Positions 1-8,212 of a stretch of 34,621 nt of DNA are shown piece by piece. The notes below the pieces were generated by a model. The model saw nothing but the letters and a program-made list of their open reading frames with translations. It was not told where the DNA came from and did not search any database. The stretch lies in the sequence record SRR20825010_290. One strand, given 5' to 3'. Numbering within the stretch: position 1 is the stretch's first letter; every line of letters begins with the position of its first letter. Position numbers and translations under genes: made by a program.

Positions 1-45
1 GCGATTGAGTTTTGGTAGCGTTGATTCTGGGATTTTTCGCCTCAT
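1..45 (-). CDS. Probable 5' end of a gene running off the left edge (MRRKIPESTLPKLNR...)
   Basis: Minus frame is open from 309 to the edge. The ATG at 45 follows an A/T-rich leader and a TATCTTGC -7-like box (~73-80), the same variant seen upstream of gyrA. Upstream in-frame ATGs (e.g. 180, 222, 264) are alternatives. Confidence 0.35.
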   Translation of the reverse strand, partial: MRRKIPESTLPKLNR

Positions 46-123
46 GATAAATGATATTGTTTTGAAAGTTTTCGCAAGATAATATATTGAGAAATAGTTT
101 GTTCGAGCAGAAGAATCAATTGA

Positions 124-154
124 TGGGTATATAATGTTCTGCGTTATGTTACTT
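124..154 (+). other. Degenerate dif-like (XerC/XerD) site with a 9-bp spacer
   Basis: TGGGTATATAA-TGTTCTGCG-TTATGTTACTT; each arm matches 9/11 to the arms of the 4298-4325 site. Confidence 0.4.
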
Positions 155-371
155 AGCTTTGACCTGTAGGTGGGATTCATAGTTTTAGAGAAGGCCATTC
201 TTTTTACTTCTAAGCATTTCATATTATACTTAGTATTAGTAGGAGTGGAGCACTCATTTGGCATTTTTGGTATAGCAGTACAAGCGAAATTAGAAATAGG
301 CTCATAGACTTAGTCTTAAGTAATGAAAAGATTAAAATAGGCAGCATAAAATTTCATTGCTCATAACCTTA

Positions 372-716
372 TCACACCATTGCTTTATTACAATAAGTTG
401 CCTTCTCAAAATTCCTGATATTGATGGATAGGATAGGGACACTTGGAAACAAAAACTTTAATTCTTTGATTATCTTGTTGGACAAATGACTTTTTTGTTC
501 CGTTGTTCGGCCTTCCATGATATTGCCAAAAACGTGAATGAAATAACCTTGAGAATTTCCAACAGTATAATATTCAAAGGGATTAATTCTTACCTTAATA
601 TCGTCCTTTTCAAAAAGATGGGTTGATTCAGCTGCGTCATATACAACCCGAATAATTTCTTCAGGTGATTTCAATTTTATGATGTTTTCCGAGCAGTCGA
701 TTACGAAATGTGGCAT
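372..716 (-). CDS. 5-carboxymethyl-2-hydroxymuconate isomerase (CHMI/HpcD-like, tautomerase superfamily)
   Basis: N-terminal MPHFVIDCS (Pro-1 after Met removal), DIKVR, FIHV..I.EGRT.EQK pattern, 114 aa. Confidence 0.85.
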   Translation of the reverse strand: MPHFVIDCSENIIKLKSPEEIIRVVYDAAESTHLFEKDDIKVRINPFEYYTVGNSQGYFIHVFGNIMEGRTTEQKSHLSNKIIKELKFLFPSVPILSINIRNFEKATYCNKAMV

Positions 717-761
717 TTTGATTTCAGTTTAAATGATTGATACTAGCTAATATATTGCATA

Positions 762-1163
762 CTAAACAGTAGCGTTTTTCACCACTTTAAGTTGCCAGTA
801 AGTGGCAATAATTGTCACATATTCCAAACCAATAAGCCAAAAACTGATATCACTAAAGAAAGATAAGTGATCTCCGCCAAGTGGAATAATAAAAACAGGG
901 ACAGTAATAATTGCATCAAGCACTATGGCATTTAAAAACATAAAAAAGCCCAATACAAGACCATTGGTTTTATGTCCCTTCCTGTAGTAAATATGTGCTG
1001 CTAAGTAAGCAGCTGGCAACATAGCTACCATTAACGCTAAGTTGGCCTGAAGGTCAGGGTCATCTATTAGTGGTACATAAAAAGATCCGATAAAAACTGG
1101 AATCAACAGTACATAAACTATTATAGAGCTAACAATTGCATGCTTAATGTTTAAATTTTTCAT
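762..1163 (-). CDS. Four-TM membrane protein, DUF5367-like
   Basis: Four hydrophobic segments; LDAIITVPVFI..GG...FF.D..FW pattern recalled from this family. Confidence 0.65.
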   Translation of the reverse strand: MKNLNIKHAIVSSIIVYVLLIPVFIGSFYVPLIDDPDLQANLALMVAMLPAAYLAAHIYYRKGHKTNGLVLGFFMFLNAIVLDAIITVPVFIIPLGGDHLSFFSDISFWLIGLEYVTIIATYWQLKVVKNATV

Positions 1164-1245
1164 AATGTTTGAATTTGGGTTTTACCTATTTTAAAATGGG
1201 TGTAGAAAATTGTCCCTAATTGTATCTGAATTCGAGAAAACAGAT

Positions 1246-1278
1246 AAATAAAGGTTTAAAAAATGTAAACCTTTATTT
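1246..1278 (-). terminator. Perfect 13-bp inverted repeat, probable terminator or attenuator after the NmrA-like gene
   Basis: AAATAAAGGTTTA-aaaaatg-TAAACCTTTATTT. Confidence 0.55.
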
Positions 1279-1314
1279 TCAGGCATGACGATATCTTGTT
1301 AAACGGGTTCAGGT

Positions 1315-2157
1315 TTATAGTACTCCTGAGGCTACACTATTCCAAACCCCTGTACTTGCAGTTTCTTTGGCATACTGACTAAAATCCTTCGGCTTCCTGC
1401 CCAGCACTTTTTCTATGTCTCCGGTAATCATATTGTTACCCTTGGCATCTAGCACTTCGGTAAACAAATAGTTAATCAACCAGATGTAATCATCAGGCAC
1501 ATTGGCCTGCTTCAACATGTTGACATAAGCATCCATTGAAATTGACGTGAATTGAATTTCGCGGTCAGCTTGCTTGGCTATTTCTTGCACCACTTCTTCG
1601 AAAGTAAGCACCCTAGGGCCCGTCAATTCATACAACTGTCCGTTATGCTCTTCATTGGTTAAGGCCGCTACCACCACGGCTGCAATATCATCAGTATTCA
1701 CATACGGTACCTTTGCCTCAGCTTTGGGTAGCGCAACATGCCCTGCTATAATTGGGTCTAAAAAGAAGCTCTCACTAAAATTTTGCATAAACCAGCTCGC
1801 TCTCGCAATAGTGTAATCCACTCCCGAATGGATGACCACCTGCTCACATAACTCAGCTTCACGCTCGCCTTTACCAGAAAGCAATACGGCTTTTTTTACA
1901 CCACTTCTCTTTGCCAGCTTTATCAAAGCCTCAATCGAATCAAGTGCGCCAGGCACAGCCAAATCAGGTTGATAGGTGATGTACATTTTTTCTATGCCCT
2001 CCAAAGCCTTGCCCCAGGTGGTCTCATCATTCCAATCAAAAGGAATGGAGGCCCTTCTTGATCCTATGCGAACAGGATAGTTGAGCGTTTTTAATTGTTC
2101 TACTACTTTGCGGCCGGTTTTTCCCGTGCCACCGATAACTAAAATGTTGTTTTTCAT
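1315..2157 (-). CDS. NmrA-family NAD(P)H-binding protein (atypical SDR)
   Basis: ILVIGGTGKTG Rossmann motif, FDW.D, R.SWFMQNF, DIA, YELTGP. Confidence 0.9.
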   Translation of the reverse strand: MKNNILVIGGTGKTGRKVVEQLKTLNYPVRIGSRRASIPFDWNDETTWGKALEGIEKMYITYQPDLAVPGALDSIEALIKLAKRSGVKKAVLLSGKGEREAELCEQVVIHSGVDYTIARASWFMQNFSESFFLDPIIAGHVALPKAEAKVPYVNTDDIAAVVVAALTNEEHNGQLYELTGPRVLTFEEVVQEIAKQADREIQFTSISMDAYVNMLKQANVPDDYIWLINYLFTEVLDAKGNNMITGDIEKVLGRKPKDFSQYAKETASTGVWNSVASGVL

Positions 2158-2159
2158 GA

Positions 2160-2675
2160 CTATAATTGATTAAAATTTGTTTTTGTATTCATAAAAGTTG
2201 CTGCCAGCGCTAGTACAAATGAAAGTACCGAAAACACTGTTCTGATCATATGCAGCTTGTTCCATGGTGATTCGTAATTTTTTCTGATGGTTGCCAATTC
2301 CTTGAGGCTAAACTTATCCAGCTGCAACGTCTCTAAAGCATTATTTAGGGGTACATTGCCCATGCCTGTAACACCAATGGTTCCGATCAGATAAGTGACA
2401 GTCGCAGCAAGTAAAACCCAAAAGGTGCTCCCTGATTGATAGTGCTGCATAGTGCTCATAGCTAGTAAAACCGCGCTGCCCAAGAAGATGATTATGAATG
2501 CCGGATTGATGATCGCCCTGTTGATAGACTGCATGGTTTCCAGATAGGCGAAATCTGAAACTCTTCGAGTACCCGGTATTACTGATACAAACCAAGCAAA
2601 GAACAATCCTGCAGACAGACCAGTAAGTAATACCGCGACATACAGTGTGATTTGTTTTGTTGATAGTTCCATCAT
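2160..2675 (-). CDS. DUF1772 / anthrone oxygenase-like membrane protein
   Basis: GL.AGLFF, MQSINRAI.NP.F, NVPLNNAL, W...H.IRT motifs. Start moved to ATG 2675 (or 2672), which overlaps the upstream pseudogene stop (TAATG). Confidence 0.85.
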   Translation of the reverse strand: MMELSTKQITLYVAVLLTGLSAGLFFAWFVSVIPGTRRVSDFAYLETMQSINRAIINPAFIIIFLGSAVLLAMSTMQHYQSGSTFWVLLAATVTYLIGTIGVTGMGNVPLNNALETLQLDKFSLKELATIRKNYESPWNKLHMIRTVFSVLSFVLALAATFMNTKTNFNQL

Positions 2676-3008
2676 TATAATGCGTTTGTTGTTGTCAGCC
2701 ACTTTTTAAGCTTGGCCAATTCGCTTTGAGTTGATTTTATTACCCTTGGGCATTCTCCTTTTCACAAAAACCTGCCCTCGTAGATCTTTGTGCCTTAGTC
2801 AAGCATATTGCTATCGTGAATACTTTGCGCGGATTCCGTTTTTGGTGGCATGAATTACACTTGACCTGTAGCACCTTATAAGCCTCTTCTTTTAAGTGAT
2901 AGGCCTCGATAGCCCAAACTTGAGCAGCGCTGATCTCTTCCGAGTGATATTGGAAGGAAAACAGAGAAATGCTATTATGGTCTGTGCTTTAAAGTTTATT
3001 CGTCTCAT
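2675..3008 (-). pseudogene. Frameshifted small monoheme cytochrome c-like gene (missed by the ORF track)
   Basis: Pieces across frames: MRRINFKAQTIIAFLC / ...LKEEAYKVLQVKCNSCHQKRNPRKVFT / NMLD*GTKIYE / QVFVKRRMPKGNKI / ELAKLKKWLTTTNAL*. CxxCH at 2845-2859 with a distal MP motif. Confidence 0.75.
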
Positions 3009-3060
3009 GCTCTTTTTGTTTAAGATTATGAGACAAAGCTGCGGCTTATGCTACCGTTCT

Positions 3061-3097
3061 ATTTGTCTGAAAAGGAGTATGATTTGTTCGAAAAGGA
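3061..3097 (-). promoter_or_regulatory. Putative AraC-family operator: 16-bp direct repeats 21 bp apart
   Basis: ATTTGTCTGAAAAGGA (3061-3076) and ATTTGTTCGAAAAGGA (3082-3097), upstream of a CAGCTTTG -7-like box (~3035-3042, minus strand). Confidence 0.65.
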
Positions 3098-3955
3098 TTA
3101 CCACTTTATTTCGCTGGGCCGGAAGCCAAATTTCTTGGCAAAGGCATTGGAGAATGAACTTAGACTGTCATAACCGACATGCCAGGCGGCTTCCTGGATA
3201 GAGAGCTGATTATTTCTCAATAAATTGTGAGCGGTAGTGAGGCGCTCGTTTTGTAGGTATTTGAATACCGGTACACCAAACAATTCCTTAAAGTTTTTCT
3301 TTAGCTTAAAAGTATTCAAACCAATTTCCTTTGAGAGTTCGGAAAGGGAAGGCGGGTTGTCAAGGTTATCGGAAAGAATTTCTTTAGCACGCTGCAGTCG
3401 CTGCCTTTCATCGGCAGAAATAGTTTCTTCGCTTATAATAGAAAGCTGACCAAAAAAATGAGCTAAAAGCGAAGTCATTTGACTTTTGAAAAACACCATT
3501 TTAGCCTTTCCCTTATACTTGTTATTAAATATCTGATCTACGATATGCTGCATTTCAGGGGACATGAAAAAACTAGGTCCTTCTACATAGGCAGCTTTTG
3601 GATTAACCAACTGCTGCAACATTTCACCAAAAAGTTCGCCTTCTTGATGTGGCAACTTATCCAGATTTCTTATGGATGTAGCAATCACAATACACTCCAA
3701 AGGATTAAGCGCAGATACAGTATGAATGAATTCTACTTCATTACTGGCATAGAAAGCTAGTGTTAACCCTTTGGTATAGCTGTATTTTTGATGACTATCA
3801 CCATACTTTACTTTCAGGTCTACATTACCCGAACCGTAAAAAGCGACAGCTATTAGCGGCTCTTCAAAAGAGCAGGTATCAACGGTTTCTTCTTCTGAAT
3901 TACCTGTTTCTACCAAAATCGTAAAATCGTTAATGTCTATGACGTCTCTGGTCAT
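3098..3955 (-). CDS. AraC-family transcriptional regulator
   Basis: C-terminal double HTH: PPSLSELSKEIGLNTFKLKKNFKELFG ... AWHVGYDSLSSFSNAFAKKFGFRPS. Confidence 0.93.
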   Translation of the reverse strand: MTRDVIDINDFTILVETGNSEEETVDTCSFEEPLIAVAFYGSGNVDLKVKYGDSHQKYSYTKGLTLAFYASNEVEFIHTVSALNPLECIVIATSIRNLDKLPHQEGELFGEMLQQLVNPKAAYVEGPSFFMSPEMQHIVDQIFNNKYKGKAKMVFFKSQMTSLLAHFFGQLSIISEETISADERQRLQRAKEILSDNLDNPPSLSELSKEIGLNTFKLKKNFKELFGVPVFKYLQNERLTTAHNLLRNNQLSIQEAAWHVGYDSLSSFSNAFAKKFGFRPSEIKW

Positions 3956-4109
3956 AAATTGGCTGCTGTAGTTTCAATTGTTAATTACGAGATAATAATT
4001 GGGTTAATCGAGGCAGAAGTTAAAAATTAGACTTTTTCATCACGTCCGGAACAGGGCTGGGCAGCTTAATGAGAGCCAAGAGCTTCAATGAGAAACGAAA
4101 GCGTTCGGT

Positions 4110-4129
4110 TCCCGAGATTTCTCTTGGGA
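4110..4129. repeat. Short hairpin, REP-like remnant
   Basis: TCCCGAGA-TTTC-TCTTGGGA, an 8-bp stem with one G-T pair, followed by TGA. Confidence 0.35.
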
Positions 4130-4156
4130 TGAATATAATATAGAATTATAGAACAA
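4128..4156 (-). other. Degenerate inverted dif-like site
   Basis: Minus strand TTGTTCTATAA-TTCTATA-TTATATTCATC; the XerC-type arm is 10/11 to the 4298 site, the spacer is 7 bp and the XerD-type arm is decayed. Confidence 0.55.
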
Positions 4157-4175
4157 GCGGTCGGTGGTGTAGGCC

Positions 4176-4292
4176 GTGTTTTGCTTTTACATAAGATCAT
4201 TACCGTTATCGTACTGCACACTTTCGCAAAGGCTTCAGCGTACAAGTGACGATAACTGATCTTATGTAAACCACTACGTGGATGCAAAACAC
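4176..4292. repeat. Long imperfect inverted repeat containing two opposed dif-like sites (4184-4216, 4245-4272)
   Basis: Pairings 4176-4184/4284-4292 (9 bp), 4186-4199/4257-4270 (14 bp, perfect) and 4205-4212/4249-4256 (8 bp); 5-nt bulge at 4200-4204; side hairpin CCAC-TAC-GTGG at 4271-4281. Confidence 0.85.
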
Positions 4293-4297
4293 TATGT

Positions 4298-4325
4298 TTG
4301 TTATATAATTTATATTATGTTAAAT
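4298..4325 (+). other. dif: dif site (XerC/XerD recombination site), canonical 11-6-11 geometry
   Basis: TTGTTATATAA-TTTATA-TTATGTTAAAT; the right arm is identical to the E. coli XerD arm; intergenic. Confidence 0.85.
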
Positions 4326-4334
4326 AAAAGATCA

Positions 4335-4370
4335 AAGAAGAAGGGAGATTGTTAAACCTCCCTCTTTCTC
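4335..4370 (-). terminator. Intrinsic terminator of the gyrA-TPR operon
   Basis: Minus strand GAGGGAGGTT-TAAC-AATCTCCCTT followed by CTTCTTT, just after the TPR stop. Confidence 0.7.
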
Positions 4371-4376
4371 TCTATA

Positions 4377-5546
4377 TTATTCTCCGCCCTCTAAGGCTTC
4401 TATTCTTGCAAGGATTGCATCTCTTTTAGCATCCATTCCCAATTGGTCATATACAGTACTCAAAGGATTAAGTATGAACAGATCATTTGGCTTAGACTTC
4501 TCAGCTTGCTCAAAATTAGGCAATGCCAATCTGAACTTGACATAGGCCTCTTCACGTTTCTTATCGTAAGCTGCATTGTCAGTTAAATCGTTTGCTGCTT
4601 TAAGAATTTCAACACCTTCGTTAAAATAAACGCTACCTACTACGTAAGAAGCATCTGGATAATCAGGCTGAAGCTCTAAGGCTTTTCTTGCTGACTCCAA
4701 AGCAGCAGGATAATCCTGTGCGTTATACTGCAAGAAAGCGAGCGTGTAATATAGAATGGCAGTTTTATCGCCACTATCAATATTCTTTTGAATTCCTGCA
4801 ATAGCTTCATCCAATTTATCACCCTGAATCAAGATGTCAATTTCAAAGTCTCTATACACTTTTTCATCAGGAAACGCTTTCTGGGCCATTCTTGAATATT
4901 TCAAAGCATTATCGAAGTCTTTATTGGTCAAGTACATGTCGATCAGACCATTGTAAGCGAAGTTAGTATTCTCAAACTCTTCATTTGACTCTACTACCGC
5001 TACATAAAATGGAATGGCCTCCTCAAACAAGTCAGCATTATAAGCACTATAACCTGCATAGAAGTTCATAATAACATCCGCTTTGATCATTGCCGATAAG
5101 CTGAAGTAATTAAAGGCTCCTGCAAAATCATCTGCTTCAAAGTAATCGTTTCCTTTTTTGTTCAAAAGGTTTTGAAGAAAAATGTAACCCTCTCCACCAC
5201 CAATGAAATCACCATTTGAGTTCATCACCGGAGGGAAATATAGATCTTCCTTAAGATCCGCGTCTCCTTTTTCCACTGCAGTATTGAAGTAGGCAAATGA
5301 CTCTTTCGCTAAATCAAGGTTCTCCATATCAGCTTTAAACTGATATAACTTTGCTTTTCCAAGAATTACATATACCTCGGGATCATCTTTGGTCTCAGCA
5401 TTTTCTGAGGCCTGTTTGGCCAATGTAAGTGCTTCTGCGTATTCGCCTTTTTTAAGTGCCTTATCAGCACTTTTTAGCACTTTCTTTTGTCCGTATACCC
5501 CTGCTACAAAAAACAATAGCAAGGCGGTAAAAAATAGCTTTTTCAT
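4377..5546 (-). CDS. Secreted tetratricopeptide-repeat protein
   Basis: Signal peptide; several TPR-like helical repeats (e.g. YYTLAFLQYNAQDYPAALESARKALELQPDYPDA); position downstream of gyrA is usual in Bacteroidota. Confidence 0.88.
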   Translation of the reverse strand: MKKLFFTALLLFFVAGVYGQKKVLKSADKALKKGEYAEALTLAKQASENAETKDDPEVYVILGKAKLYQFKADMENLDLAKESFAYFNTAVEKGDADLKEDLYFPPVMNSNGDFIGGGEGYIFLQNLLNKKGNDYFEADDFAGAFNYFSLSAMIKADVIMNFYAGYSAYNADLFEEAIPFYVAVVESNEEFENTNFAYNGLIDMYLTNKDFDNALKYSRMAQKAFPDEKVYRDFEIDILIQGDKLDEAIAGIQKNIDSGDKTAILYYTLAFLQYNAQDYPAALESARKALELQPDYPDASYVVGSVYFNEGVEILKAANDLTDNAAYDKKREEAYVKFRLALPNFEQAEKSKPNDLFILNPLSTVYDQLGMDAKRDAILARIEALEGGE

Positions 5547-5575
5547 GTTTTCTAGTTTCTTGTTTAAATTAAAAT

Positions 5576-8122
5576 TTAGTCTTCTGTTTTACTTTCATCT
5601 TGGTCTCCGCCTTCAACTTCAGGTGTGTCAATTGTTCCTTCAATTTGCTCTACTTCCTCTGATTGAATGTCTGATTCGATATTTTGAATCTTCTCTACAG
5701 ATGAAATAGCATCACCTTCATTTAAGCGTATAAGTTTAACACCTTGAGTAGCCCTTCCCATTACTCTAAGAGAATCCACTGATATTCTAATGGTAATTCC
5801 TGATTTGTTAATGATCATAAGGTCATCGCTGTCGATTACCTCTTTAATGGCCACAAGGTTTCCTGTTTTTTCAGTAACGTTGATGGTTTTAACCCCTTTA
5901 CCTCCTCTTTTAGTAATTCGGTAATCATCTATTGGCGAGCGCTTCCCATATCCGTTTTCAGACACAACTAATAGGTTAGCCTCTTCTCTGTTTACACATA
6001 CCATGCCAATGACCCTGTCATCTTCTCCAGCGAGCCTAAAACCCCTTACTCCAGCCGCTGTTCTACCCATCGGACGAACATCGCTTTCGTGGAAGTGAAT
6101 AGCCCTGCCAGATTTAGCTCCAATAATGATGTGATTATCACCGTTCGTGAATTTGACCTCAAGTAAGCGATCTCCTTCGTTAATTGTAATGGCATTTATA
6201 CCATTGGTACGTGGACGAGAATAAGCTTCTAAAGAAGTCTTTTTAATGGTTCCGAGCTCAGTACACATGACTACATAATTATTATTAATGTAGTCTTCGT
6301 CTTTCAAATTTTGGACGTTAATGACCGCTCTGATTTTATCACCCGCTTCAATATTGATTAGGTTTTGTACCGGACGGCCTTTAGCGGTTTTACTGCCTTC
6401 TGGTAATTCCCATACTTTTTTCCAGAACACTTTACCAAACTCAGTGAAAATGAGCAAGTAATCATGCGTCATTCCAGTAAACAGGTATTCTGTAAAGTCA
6501 TCTGTTTTGGAACCAGCGCCTTTAGAGCCAACTCCTCCTCTACCTTGCGTTCTATATTCAGACAATAAGGTTCTTTTGACATAACCTAGGTGAGAAATAG
6601 TGATTAGCATTTCCTCATTAGGAATCATGTCTTCAGCACTGAAATCTTCCGCAGAATGGATAATATCCGTTCTACGCTCATCACCATATCGGTCTTTTAT
6701 TTCTATCAACTCATTCTTTATGATCTCCATTCTAAGCTCCTCTTTTTCAAGGATTTCCTTTAGTCCGGCAATCAACTCCATGATCTCATCGTATTCCTTT
6801 TGAATCTTGTCTCTTTCCAGACCCGTGAGTCTTTGGAGACGCATTTCCAAAATGGCTTTGGCTTGAATTTCAGAGAGGTCAAACTTCTCCATCAAACCAG
6901 TTTTGGCTACTTCAGGATCTCTAGAGTTTCTGATCAAGGAAATTACTTCGTCAAGATGATCTAATGCAATAAGATACCCCTGAAGGATATGGGCTCTTTT
7001 TTCTGCTTCATTCAGTTCGTACTGAGTTCTACGAACAACCACTTCGTGCCTATGTTCAACATAGTACTTGATGAGGTCCTTAGTATTCAGCGTATAAGGT
7101 CTTCCTTTTACAAGGGCTACGTTGTTTACACTGAAAGAAGATTGTAGTTGGGTATATTTGAACAAATTGTTCAAAACCACATTACCAATGGCATCTTTCT
7201 TCAATTCATAAACGATACGCATTCCATTACGATCCGACTCATCACGTAAATCTGAAATACCTTCAATTCGTTTTTCATTGATTAAAGCAGCTGTCTTTTC
7301 GATCATACTGGCCTTGTTAACCATGTATGGAATCTCTGTTACGATGATCCGCTCACGCCCAGAAGGCATGGTTTCAATTTCAGACTTTGCCCTCAACATT
7401 ACCCTACCTCTACCCGTTTCGAAAGCAGATTTCACACCAGTATAACCATAAATGGTTCCTCCGGTTGGGAAGTCAGGTGCAGTAATGTGCTGCATCAATT
7501 CTTCTAAAGAGATGTCGTTATTCTCTATATAAGCAATGGTACCGTTCACTACCTCTGTAAGGTTGTGAGGCGCCATATTAGTCGCCATACCTACCGCAAT
7601 CCCTGAACTACCATTCAACAATAAGTTGGGAAGCTTTCCAGGAAGTACCGATGGTTCCTTTAAGGAATCATCAAAGTTGAATTGAAAATCAACGGTATCT
7701 TTATTAATATCTGTTAAAAGCTCGTCTGCAATTCTTCTTAACCTGGCCTCGGTATAACGCATGGCTGCAGGAGAATCTCCATCTACAGAACCAAAGTTTC
7801 CTTGTCCGTCAACCAACGGATAGCGCAAAGACCAAGGTTGCGCCATACGCACCATGGTATCGTATACTGATGAATCACCGTGTGGGTGATACTTACCCAG
7901 CACCTCTCCTACGATTCTGGCTGATTTCTTATATGATTTGTTCCAGTTTACCCCAAGGTCCAACATACCAAAGAGTACTCTTCTATGAACGGGTTTTAGG
8001 CCGTCTCTTACATCTGGTAAAGCTCTTGAAATAATCACCGACATGGAGTAGTCGATGTAGGCTCCCTTCATTTCATCTTCAATATTGATAGGGATGATTG
8101 TTTCGTTCGTTCCTTCTGCCAT
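5576..8122 (-). CDS. gyrA: DNA gyrase subunit A
   Basis: [30 protein letters not shown] catalytic Tyr, GyrA-box QGRGGVG, C-terminal pinwheel repeats. Confidence 0.99.
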   Translation of the reverse strand: MAEGTNETIIPINIEDEMKGAYIDYSMSVIISRALPDVRDGLKPVHRRVLFGMLDLGVNWNKSYKKSARIVGEVLGKYHPHGDSSVYDTMVRMAQPWSLRYPLVDGQGNFGSVDGDSPAAMRYTEARLRRIADELLTDINKDTVDFQFNFDDSLKEPSVLPGKLPNLLLNGSSGIAVGMATNMAPHNLTEVVNGTIAYIENNDISLEELMQHITAPDFPTGGTIYGYTGVKSAFETGRGRVMLRAKSEIETMPSGRERIIVTEIPYMVNKASMIEKTAALINEKRIEGISDLRDESDRNGMRIVYELKKDAIGNVVLNNLFKYTQLQSSFSVNNVALVKGRPYTLNTKDLIKYYVEHRHEVVVRRTQYELNEAEKRAHILQGYLIALDHLDEVISLIRNSRDPEVAKTGLMEKFDLSEIQAKAILEMRLQRLTGLERDKIQKEYDEIMELIAGLKEILEKEELRMEIIKNELIEIKDRYGDERRTDIIHSAEDFSAEDMIPNEEMLITISHLGYVKRTLLSEYRTQGRGGVGSKGAGSKTDDFTEYLFTGMTHDYLLIFTEFGKVFWKKVWELPEGSKTAKGRPVQNLINIEAGDKIRAVINVQNLKDEDYINNNYVVMCTELGTIKKTSLEAYSRPRTNGINAITINEGDRLLEVKFTNGDNHIIIGAKSGRAIHFHESDVRPMGRTAAGVRGFRLAGEDDRVIGMVCVNREEANLLVVSENGYGKRSPIDDYRITKRGGKGVKTINVTEKTGNLVAIKEVIDSDDLMIINKSGITIRISVDSLRVMGRATQGVKLIRLNEGDAISSVEKIQNIESDIQSEEVEQIEGTIDTPEVEGGDQDESKTED

Positions 8123-8212
8123 TTAGTCTAAAAATAGTTCGAAATATAATGTGGCAAGATACTAAATTTTGTTGGAGTAAATGGGTAAAATACAGACTAA
8201 AAATGGCGGTTT

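Noticed and set aside
2896-3201. 101-aa plus-strand ORF
   Set aside because: Antisense to AraC, its operator and the cytochrome c remnant.
4066-4287. 73-aa ORF over the dif hairpin
   Set aside because: Non-ATG start, no family features, and it lies on palindromic recombination-site DNA.
7850-7900. Quinolone-resistance change in the GyrA QRDR
   Set aside because: [10 protein letters not shown] retains the Ser83- and Asp87-equivalent residues.
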